A stretch of DNA of 64,000 nucleotides from Bugula neritina (Eukaryota > Animalia > Bryozoa), in NCBI GenBank assembly GCA_964035545.1, contig OZ037773.1, forward strand, positions 6,849,751 to 6,913,750, read 5' to 3'. Positions 54,101 through 64,000 of the stretch are shown here, in pieces; positions within the stretch are counted from its first letter, which is position 1; each line of letters begins with the position of its first letter. A program made the translations under genes and the position numbers. Under the pieces are notes generated by a model. The model was not told where the DNA came from, did not search any database, and saw nothing but the letters and a program-made list of their open reading frames with translations.

Positions 54101-57100
54101 TCACATGATTGAGTCACATGATAGAGTCACATGATAGAGTCACATGATTGAGTCACATGACTGAGTCACAAAATTGAGTCACATGATAGAGTCACATGAT
54201 AGAGTCACATGATAGAGTCACATGACTACCTGAATTGTATGGGCTTCAGACAAGTTTTTCACGACTCTGGCAGTTCCGGTCACCTCCCCCACACTCACTG
54301 GCATTCCTTTCAGCTCTGTTTCCACTTCCAGTGACTTTAGATCTTGTTGGGTGTCCACCTAATAGAAAACAACTGTAGGTATCATTTGTGGTGAAAGCAA
54401 ACTGACTTATGTGTCGTAAGTAAACCAAAAGTAACCGAGTTAGAAAAAGCAGCAACTATTTAGTGGCTAAAATTTGACAGCAACCGCATCACTTGTAAAA
54501 AAATAATATCTTTCAACTTTGATTTTTTCTAAGAACACAAATTTCACATGATTTACTTTGCCAGTACTTCTGCATAGTTTTCTTTGGCAAGTCCAAGAGA
54601 TACTTCACAAAAAGAAGCAGAATTTATCACTATGACTACGAGGGTGAATCAGGATATAATGCATAATGTTATCTCCAATCAAATATCCAATAAAAAGTTG
54701 ACACACAATAAGATATCCAATGAGAAGTTGACACGCAATAAGATATCCAATAAAAAGTTGACACACAATAAGATATCTAATGAGAAGTTGACACACAATA
54801 AGATATCCAATGAGAAGTTGACACACAATAAGATATCCAATGAGAAGTTGATATACAATCATAATATGTCAATGTTTTGATAATCTGCAGAAATGTAGCC
54901 ACGGAACCTAATTCTGCTTTAGTCTCAGCGATTTGACTCTTCTGAGTAAATCAAACCAACAGCACAATGATATGATATGAGAAGAGCTTACAGCTTCAGG
55001 ATATCCATGATTGAAACGAGGAAACTGCATGGAGTTTTGTTTCTCATATATCTTTCGCCTTCGCTTGGCTCTATAATTGTAAAAAGTTGCATTTGAATTC
55101 AACTTGAAATAATCTAGAAAGTTAGTTGACTATATGATGGACACAATCTTAGTAGCTCTATTGCTATTCTCTTATTTAATAGCTCCATTGCTGAGCATAC
55201 TAAATGAGATAAAAACAATAATTCGACACTAAAATATAACATAGACATAGAAACAATAATTTAACGCTGGAATATAACATAAACATCTTTAGGTAAAAAC
55301 AAAAATTCAACACTTTGACTGTAAAATAAACATTGCGGGTCAAAGGGAAAGAAAAAAGTAGTATTACCTGTTAACAAGAGAACCATTCCTATTAGACAGG
55401 ACGTCTTTAATCTCGGTAACAGTAAGAAAGAAAAGAAGCTCGGGAGAAGGTAAATAACCCTAAACATACAACGGATAACATAGCAGGGGAGAAAAGTCGT
55501 CATGCAGCAAATCTACCCAGGTGCGTATCACAATGTTCACTCTTGCGTTAGGAAACATATTATAAGCGTTATATTACGAGGTTATGTGGCGTTTTAATTG
55601 GTACAACTTGGTGCAAAACAGAACTCTGTGGAGAAAGTTGATCCATCGTCAGTCATAGTCGTTTTCGACTGACTGCTTAGTGAGTGAGTGAGTGATGTGG
55701 CGGTTTTAGTTCATGGGAGAGTTTTAAGTCCTTTTGAATCAAAACATGAGAATAAGCATTTTACCACAACACCAGACAAAGCTAAAGAGGATAGTTTATT
55801 AATAACCCATCTTTAAATTCACGAACGCACACACAGGCATGAGCACACGCATGCACACATGCACGCACACACACACAAACTCATGCATTTGTATTTGCAT
55901 GCTATTGCAAGATCAACTATGCAACTAGAAGTTATATCTAAACAGGTACCAGAGTGGTGCTATGTAGGTGTTTAACAAACGACATGCTATTTTCACCATT
56001 ATTGAATCAAAGCATAACAACAGAAGTAGAGAACTAACTAACCTGGCTGTACATAAGCTCTGACAATCTCCAGAACCCCAGCTTCATCTTGCTGGCTGCT
56101 TTCACTAATATAGACTACAAAGGTAATCTCAAATTTATGAAGAACTTTTGAAGAAAATCAGCTATAAAATTCTGCTAATATATGCATTACTACTACTGCT
56201 AAAGCTACCAGCTCCACTACTAGTATTATCCGTAGTAACAAAAATTTAATAAAAATAATGTTACCACTGACGATTGCCATTACCACCATAATGAATTATA
56301 ACCACCAATTATCAACTGCAAAAAAATTATGCAGAAATGAATCCATTATACCTTCACTTCTTCTCTACTGTTGACAGCCTTCTTAGCTTTGGGCAAGATT
56401 AACTTGATGAATAATTTTTGACCTTTGGTAAGGTTACACTGCAAACCATCCACTACTTCCTGTACAGAGTAACACTTGGCACCGACATTGTGACCCGTAG
56501 CAATGGTCTTCACCATCATCTAAACCATAAACATTAAGTTAGGACGGGGGGGGGGAGGCCTGTCAGGATTACAGGCTAAGTGAGCAGAGAACCAGCTAAA
56601 AATCTTTAACCAACAATTTAAAAAAGGATATCAATACAATAAATTGACAAATTACTGTACTGTAAATATGTGTGGATTTCTAAAAGCAGTAGAGTGAATA
56701 TATATAGAAAAACCACTGTGCAAGGGACGCAGTAAAATCTGCCAAATCTTGTCAAATCAAATTAAAAGTTTGATCTGGTCACGACTGTGGTATAAAATAA
56801 CTCAATTTGAGTCAATTCAAGCTAAATACACACTTTCAACATCTGTTCTGAATCAAGCTGGCATGACATAAAAGTAAATGGCGCAGTAATTAAAATAATG
56901 TACTTCTATTTACTATTGGGTTCCTTATTCTCATTGAGAATACACATGATGTCCAGGTAAATACCTGTAATGTCTCTATAAGCTGGGAAGGGTCTTGACT
57001 CCAACACTTCTTAAGAAGATCCAACTGCAAGCAACATAAACATCTGTACCCTACTGAAACTAACAGTGCTTATAGACACAGTTACAGATAGCCATTCTCT

Positions 57101-60100
57101 GGTAGGTTTATAAACACCATGAGTGAGATATCACATCTCTAAGTGAATGTCAGTAAATAAGTTGAAATAAAAAACATCTGTCCAGAAATAAAAGAAATAC
57201 AGTTTAGAATAACAAGTGGCTTTTCCTCCGGACACTTTTTATTATTGGAAAGTTTGAGTTTAACAAACATACACCTACATCACACAGTACACCTACCTTT
57301 TACAATTTACTTGCTTTTTACAATGTACTTACTTCTTACAACATACTTACTTTTTACAATATACTAACTTCTTACACTTACCTATTAAAACACACTTACT
57401 TCTCACAGTACACTTACTTCCCACAGTACACTCACCTCTAACAATATACTTACATCTCACAATACACTCACCTCGCACAGCCCCCTGTGACCGAACTTCT
57501 CCATAAACAGCTGATATGCCTCCCTGACGTCTGCTGGAGTCTCTTTTGAATTAAGGAAACTGTCACCCGACTCTATAGAAACTTCTAGAAAGTGTGCAGC
57601 AAACTCCGGGTGACCGTGTATCAGGCTGGACAACTCCTGGATACATGGTATAATATATTACATATATGGTATAATACTATATATATACATATATGGTATA
57701 CTACACTAGATATATGATCCAATATACCACATATATGGTATACTACACTAGATATATGATCCAATATACCACATATATGGTATACTACACTAGATATATG
57801 ATCCAATATACCACATATATGGTATACTACACTAGATATATGATCCAATATACCACATATATGGTATACTACACTAGATATATGATCCAATATACCACAT
57901 ATATGGTATACTACACTAGATATATGATCCAATATACCACATATATGGTATACTACACTAGATATATGATCCAATATACCACATATATGGTATACTACAC
58001 TAGATATATGATCCAATATACCACATATATGGTATACTACACTAGATATATGATCCAATATACCACATATATGGTAAATTACTATATAATATATCCCATA
58101 TTATATTAGATATATACAACATATAACCCGGTTGAAATTATCTGTTTACAAACATGAAGTAAAAAATCTATTTGCTAAGATGTGAATGATAACTTGATAT
58201 ACAGACCCACCTCTAACTTATTAGGTACTCCTGCACTGAAGACCTCATTTATGTGGCAGGCCAGTAAGGATGCTAAGTCTGTGTAATGTTTGGCTTCCCA
58301 CACTACAAAACAGCAAGGAATTGAAAGCAACTGTCTATAGTGAGAATACCAGACGAGGAACTTGAATGGTCAACCAGAAGCGACTCTCAGATGTTCTTCG
58401 CTTCTTTTCAGCAGTTCAACTATTTATAACAATCTTATAACTGAACGCAAAGTAAAAACTCGAAATGAGAATGAAGAAAGGATGTAGAAGAAATTACCGT
58501 GTTTTCCTTTAGTAAGGATTCCCATCAGCACCTGAGAGTAAACTGGAGAAATTCCGGTAGCAGGCATGTAGTCCTTAACAACCTGCAGCAGAAAATGTAG
58601 CCTTAGAGAAACAAATTTGATAACACAAAAGGGGAGCCTTGCAGAAGTTTACGTGCAACTTTAACAATGCCTTTTCTAACAGTTTTGTTTGCCTACACTT
58701 AATATAAAATCATTTCTAATGTGTAAAACTATTACTTTAGTTGTTTTGTCAGGCCTTAAGCTTGTGAATAATGAAAAAAAATGTTGGCTGGCAAAAAAAG
58801 ACATTTAGACAAATAATGTTGACTAATTATATATTAGTATACAATATTATTATTGCGGCAAACGATGAATGCACAGCGTTCAGCTACATCCTTAAAAAGA
58901 GTAACACAAACCTGGCTTGAAATATCAACAGTATGATTTACATATTCCAGCATTTCAGCACAGGATGTAGTTGAAGGAACTGTTAACTTGTCCAGTGCTT
59001 TCTCATGAACAAGGCATTTCTCTCTTTTCCCCAAAATCATCTATTAAACAGAACTACGTATTTCAAAAGCTTCGCTGTTACATGTAGCACAGAAATCAAC
59101 CACTGCATAGGATACATAAACTCAACACGCTTTAGTTTTTGAAACAAAAATTCACTTCAACAAAAAACATAGATGTTGGCAACTATTTTGTGAATAGAAC
59201 ATAATTGACTGACACTGAAGAATCGCAATGAGCAGTAGAGTCGGGTTAGAAGGGGCCGAGCAGGGTGATAGGCTCGAATCACTTCATCTGTCATGGAGTC
59301 AATCACGTGACCAGCCAACGCCAGTTCCATCATACGTCGGTCGGCCAGTGAGCTTCTATACTTGTTTGATAACTCATACGCCTAGGGACACAAGCAGGCG
59401 GTCCGTACTTATCAAGTGCAGAGATAGGTACACAGGCTAGATTCAAATGGGCGAGTAGCAATTATTCTGCTAGACACAGTCTGTTACAATCTAGCACTCA
59501 CTGACCTTGGAGACAAGGTTATTAGTATATCACTATTAAAAATAAGATAATCTCAATCGAGATAATACCACATTATCATGTTAATTCCACTTGGAGCGCT
59601 TAAAATTTTTAATGAATATAAAAAACACACACACTCTAGGTCCCAGTTATCAATGTGATATCAATATTTCACAAGAGAGTGGAAGCTGACGTACGTGGAC
59701 ATTCAAGAAGGCGTGATTACAGTAGACTTTGTGTAGTCTGAACAGGTTGGGCACCACGTTGAGTCCATTGGCAACTGACCAGTTCTAAAAATAGCACACC
59801 TTTCCAGAAACCATCCACTAGCAGAGCTAAGCAGACAGGTTTGCTTTAACCTATTTGACATGTAATTGAGAGACAACTCAAACATGGAATAGCTCAATTA
59901 AATCATTGAATATAATTTATCACAAATCTAATGGAATAATAAATCATTTTTGGAAATATTTAAAAGCAAACAGCTGAGAACATTTTCTATAAGAATTTTG
60001 ACTAATAAATCGGGCGTTTTCAGGCATATTAGTTTGACTAGCTTGTCAATTCAAACAAGTAATTTCCGACAAACTTGACACTCTGAGAAAATATTTCGTA

Positions 60101-63100
60101 AAAAGTTTCTATCTTAAAAGTCGTCTAGCGCCTAGAGAATATAGACTGAAATTAATGAGTTGAATCTTTTCTATACAGTATCTTCATGACAACTGCTATA
60201 TATTCTACACAATACTTTTAATAACAGACAAAAGATTAGTAGAAATCCGGCACTGAAATTCAAATTAAAAAGTTCATAAACTACATGACCAGCCATTGTA
60301 AAATGTAAAAAACTCTTTTTTCAGCATAATATTTTGACAAAAATTACCAGACCTATAAAAGACAAAATATATACATATTATAGGGAATTACCACCATGGA
60401 GTCTTCTATCTGTTTCACAACAACAGAGATAGTAAGAGGGCATAGGGCGCCTGGGAAAGCTTCTCTAAAACAAGCAAATAATCACACACTATGCTACTCA
60501 GTCTGTCTCTCAACTGTTTAAGGAGTTATGTAAATCAATAACACAGTTAATATAGAGTCAAATGTACAAGATAACTGAAATATTTTATGTACAATGTACA
60601 GTTTTACTCTTTCATGACTATTATATATAAATTTACAAATAAAAAATTAAAAATAAAACATGTGTATACATTTATGATACTGCAAACAGTTTTTTAATAA
60701 ATTGGTAATGAAACTCTGTAACACCAAAAATATTAAGTGTGTTTGATATAACTTCTTGGTCCACTTGAATGAAATAATTCTTCTACATATAAAAATATTT
60801 AGTTAACAGAAAATAAAACACGACACTGGTACATTCACAATATTTCAGTGATATTTTACAACAAATACAAGATATGATGTGAAGTGGCATTCTAGAAGCA
60901 TCTAAAGTGGCAATGCTGTGTTACCCAATGTTCATAGTAGACAGCAACTCTTGGTCCATAGCCAAGGCGCTGTCAAACTCGTGCAGCAGTTCGTACTCAG
61001 TTTCTTGAGTCAGCGTAGTGATTGGACGAGACTGCAACAGAAACACACCTAATTCAACTGTAAAATATATATCTGTATTATATATCGGAAAATTATCAAT
61101 TTTTCATGATTTTATGTATACACCACACTTATCCACACACACATATGCAATATAATTTATACACTAAAATATGATCAGTGACTATGCTGTTCATTTAAAA
61201 TTTATATACATGTGCCTGCGTGCGTGTGTGCGTGCACGCAAGCGTGCATGTGTGTGTGTAGTAAAATACGCAAAATTTTGCATGGCCCTATTTCTTTAGC
61301 TTTTCCAGACATGTTGACAATGTAAACAGTGTAGAAGTGTAGGGTGTAAAGCCAGTGTATAAGGTCTTAGGCAATTATAAGCCAAGTGTAGATAATATAA
61401 AGACACACCAGTCAAGATTCACACTGAACACAAGATTTTGATTACAAAAGTAAATTAAATTCAATAGAACATAAAAGGTGCTCATTTAAAAAGCTGAAAA
61501 ATAAGAACCAACATAATACGTACAGCTAATCCATGAAACTACCTGCAGAAGGTATATTTGACCTTGACATATGGCCCATTCAATGTCGCAAGGATGACCG
61601 AAACGTCTTTCTAGCTCTAGACCAATCTGGCAGAGTGCCAGCACGGTTTCCTCGTTTGCACAAAAGACAGAGCTGCTGGAAACTGACTGCTTACCAACAG
61701 TTCCTGACTCTAAAACACAGATAATCAAAGGATGGGAATATAGAGAGCAAAGGCTACAAAGTAGGAGCTACATTAGAAAAGGAAAGACAACTCCAAACAA
61801 AAACACTGTTGCTCAACTCTTAACTGAAGTTATTTCCACCATATTATGTCACTAGAGCGCAGAGGTTATGAAGTAGTTTAGGTTGTAGATTCTACAGCCA
61901 TACAGTTAGGGATTTTTCGGCAATAAAGAGAAAGGCAACTCTAAACAACAAAATTTTTCAACTCAAATGAAATCAAGAGTGGACTCTAAAATGTAATCAC
62001 TGCAGTTATTTCTACCGTACTCCACGTATCCTGTTGTTTTATTATTTAGTCATGTGTTCAAACTAAAAGTTTTCACCTAGGAGGTATCGGTAGCAAATTC
62101 ACCTGACACTACATACTGTACTTGTTTGCTGCCGCAAACCCTCTCCTCTATAGAGAAGATATCGCTGCCACCTTGATCAGACGTGTAAGTCACACGGAAG
62201 GTGTCCGGCTCTGCCTCACCTGACACCACAGACTAAAATATATATTCTGTGCGTAACAGTAACGGAGCAAAGATGTCACAGAGTCACAGTGACCAAGAGT
62301 TAAAAACAGATTAAAATCTGGACAAAAATTCTATGCTAAAAAGAGTTTTACCTCGAAATGTCAAAGTGCAAGTCCGAACCACTAAACTTACTTTCTCACA
62401 CCAAGACTAGTACTTGAAGTTAAAGCATAGGACCTGCCAGATACCAAGTATAAAAAGAGTCCAGCACTCTGTGTGAGTAAGACTAACAACTGAGTAGTAT
62501 ATACTGCACGTGTATACTGTACTATAACCCCCTGCTACAAAGGAACAATTACCTCTCCAACACCAAAGTTAGCGTTTATAACCATCGTGTTACAACTCCC
62601 CGTAACCGGGTCGTTGGTAAAAAGAGCACCTGCCACGTCTGCATGCACCATCTTCTGTATTACTACGCCCATCCCTGTGTTGATTGGCTGTCCGTGTTGT
62701 CTACAATATTCCAAGCTGCTATATTACACTTGTGAGTATACTGGCTACAACTCGGCAACATACAAACTATTACATAACTACAAGTACTTCCTTCCCTAAA
62801 CACTTATATAATGCAATACATGTAACCAATTTAGCTGACAATTAATATAATACCTGACAATATTGCAACTCAAAGGGAAGACAACTTCTATTCACTTTTA
62901 AAACCTTCCAGTTATATGAGAACATAGATATGATTACTACAGTGTATAGTTTATATTACAAGTAGCACTGCTATTGGACAGATCTATAGCTGTTAACCTG
63001 CATCCATATATGTACACCTGGTTGTTTCTCACAATATCCCACTAGGAGGCGTATCAACTAACACAAGAAGACAACTCTATGAAAATATTCTCAGCCTAAG

Positions 63101-63272
63101 GTTCAGCCACAACAATGTGGGGGTCCCCAGTTATACCTCTTGTACTGCACAGCGGAAAAGGTGAAATGTGATGACCAACACTTCTTGACAGCAGCGAATA
63201 TCTCATTATAACCTTTGACCCCCAGAATAGTGTCCATTTGACCGGCAGCAGACAACTCTTCACCATCTTCTC
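51192..63272 (-). CDS. Rifampicin phosphotransferase/PigC-like PEP-utilising enzyme (ATP-grasp, substrate-binding, C-terminal phospho-His swivel), 5'-partial. Exons: 63272-63137, 62700-62553, 62232-62103, 61709-61543, 61031-60925, 60464-60392, 59784-59695, 59381-59214, 59040-58912, 58582-58498, 58302-58211, 57636-57472, 57024-56965, 56519-56352, 56114-56043, 55459-55368, 55070-54992, 54358-54230, 53867-53765, 53289-53215, 51259-51192
   Basis: All 21 exons join in phase with GT-AG introns. Motifs: GEDGEELSAAGQMDT, MGVVIQKMV...AGALFTNDPVTG, NFGVGESVVSG, FGHPCDIEWAI...YLLQSRPIT, NIGEAFPG, FMEKFGHRGLCELDL, LLFFLTVTEI, LKGMPVSVGEVTGTARVV, TDVGWAPYF...[32 protein letters not shown]; stop TAG at 51194-51192. 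Confidence 0.93.
51586..51785 (+). mobile_element. tRNA-derived SINE, copy 5 (older, diverged), antisense in the last intron of the PEP-utilising gene
   Basis: TGGCCTAGTGG A box, TTAGTAAACAC, AAAGGCCATTGGTG...AGGAAGAGCATCCAGTCATAATTGCTCCT. Confidence 0.85.
53510..53606. repeat. (TACA)n/(TATG)n microsatellite, partly self-complementary
   Basis: TACA runs followed by TATG runs. Confidence 0.9.
54055..54226. repeat. 13-bp minisatellite GAGTCACATGAT(A/T), about 13 copies
   Basis: Visible array abutting the donor at 54229. Confidence 0.95.
54675..54860. repeat. 30-bp minisatellite (GATATCCAATGAGAAGTTGACACACAATAA), about 6 copies
   Basis: Visible array; explains ORFs 54584-54880 and 54605-54862. 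Confidence 0.95.
57268..57471 (-). repeat. Degenerate 18-bp tandem repeat in which each unit begins with a 5' splice-site consensus
   Basis: Minus strand: GTGAGTGTATTGTGAGAT GTAAGTATATTGTTAGAG GTGAGTGTACTGTGGGAA GTAAGTGTACTGTGAGAA GTAAGT..., about 11-12 units. Confidence 0.85.
57645..58076. repeat. 42-bp minisatellite (ATATGGTATACTACACTAGATATATGATCCAATATACCACAT), about 9 near-identical copies plus degenerate flanks
   Basis: Visible array; explains ORFs 57621-58058 and 57693-58109. Confidence 0.97.
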
Positions 63273-63340
63273 CTGGAAAACAGCGTGAGAGAAGATAATC
63301 AGTCTGAGAATTACATGAAAGACACCAAGACAGCTCTGAG

Positions 63341-63488
63341 ATTCAAATTAAAAGGTCCATAAACTACATGACCAGCCGTGACATTGTAAAATGTAAAAAA
63401 TTCTTTTTTCAGCATAATATTTTGACAAAAATTACCAGACCTATAAAAGACAAAATATATACATATTATAGGGAATTACCACCATGGA
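63341..63488. repeat. ~145-bp near-identical duplicate of 60258-60400 (exon end, donor and intron start)
   Basis: Shared ATTCAAATTAAAA...CAGCATAATATTTTGACAAAAATTACCAGACCTATAAAAGACAAAATATATACATATTATAGGGAATTACCACCATGGA. Confidence 0.93.
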
Positions 63489-64000
63489 ATCTAAACTGAT
63501 GAAGGTCAAGCGAAGGTGGAGAGTCTAATCATTGTACCATGATACGTAATCATATTTTCAGCTATAACTAAACCTCTTAGTCTTAGACACCAAGCAGTCA
63601 TGCCACACATACACAACATACACACAGCTAATACCTAAATCCTTTTAAACACCTTTTAACTGCATACAAGTGTACTGCATACAAGTGTACTGCATACAAG
63701 TGTACTGCCCAACTCAAAATAAGTCATATTTTAAAATGTTTCAAGTAAATTAAAAGTAGTTCAAAATTATTTTATTGCCAATAATTTATCATCAGCACAT
63801 AGCAAATGATACACACGCACCCAAAGACTTCCACACAGATAACTTATATAAAACTAGAGTCTATATAACCTGCAGAACGGTCTGGTATTTGGTTACAATT
63901 CAACATAGTAAATAACGGTGAGGGAGGATAACTCATAAAAACATTCGACAAAACAGTCACACTACCATGTGTCACACCACCATGTGTCACACCACTACAT

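Noticed and set aside
54584-54880. ORFs with ISNEKLTHNK repeats
   Set aside because: 30-bp intronic minisatellite.
57621-58109. Repetitive 145-aa and 138-aa ORFs, or a CRISPR-like array
   Set aside because: Pure 42-bp tandem repeat with no unique spacers, inside an intron of a eukaryotic gene; the ORFs arise because the unit length is a multiple of 3.
51192-63272. Bacterial contamination or recent HGT of an antibiotic-resistance gene
   Set aside because: Twenty spliceosomal introns containing host repeats show long residence in the eukaryotic genome.
63870-63920. Next upstream exon of the PEP-utilising gene (..DRSA G|GT)
   Set aside because: The phase fits, but it lacks the expected AVRSS motif and a clear acceptor; the true exon probably lies beyond the window.

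Overview
AT-rich, intron-containing eukaryotic DNA, most likely from an invertebrate animal; a lophotrochozoan such as a bryozoan is a guess, not something the sequence shows. Most ORF-track entries are spurious. Splicing by hand gives five genes. (1) A + strand galactose-3-O-sulfotransferase-family gene (~2.9-5.1 kb) whose putative signal-anchor exon looks decayed. (2) A two-exon - strand prepropeptide gene (6696-7333) whose second exon is absent from the ORF track; it has a signal peptide, a pro-region, a KR cleavage site and a 38-aa cationic peptide with symmetric C-x7-C...C-x7-C, making it a candidate new beta-hairpin antimicrobial or signalling peptide. (3) A TATA-driven secreted-protein gene of unknown family (- strand, 20.5-23.3 kb) with one damaged exon and two inverted dead copies of its first coding exon, lying between two diverged ~3-4 kb direct repeats. 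(4) A melatonin-receptor/Moody-like class A GPCR with an intronless CDS (- strand, 33900-35003). (5) At least 21 exons of a rifampicin-phosphotransferase/PigC-type PEP-utilising enzyme (- strand, 51192 to beyond the window end) with its catalytic His intact. Repeats include five copies of a tRNA-Thr(AGT)-like SINE, a MITE-like family, decayed LTR-retroelement fragments, and several minisatellites; some of these amplify splice signals (branch point, 5' donor) or E-box/AP-1 motifs next to exons.
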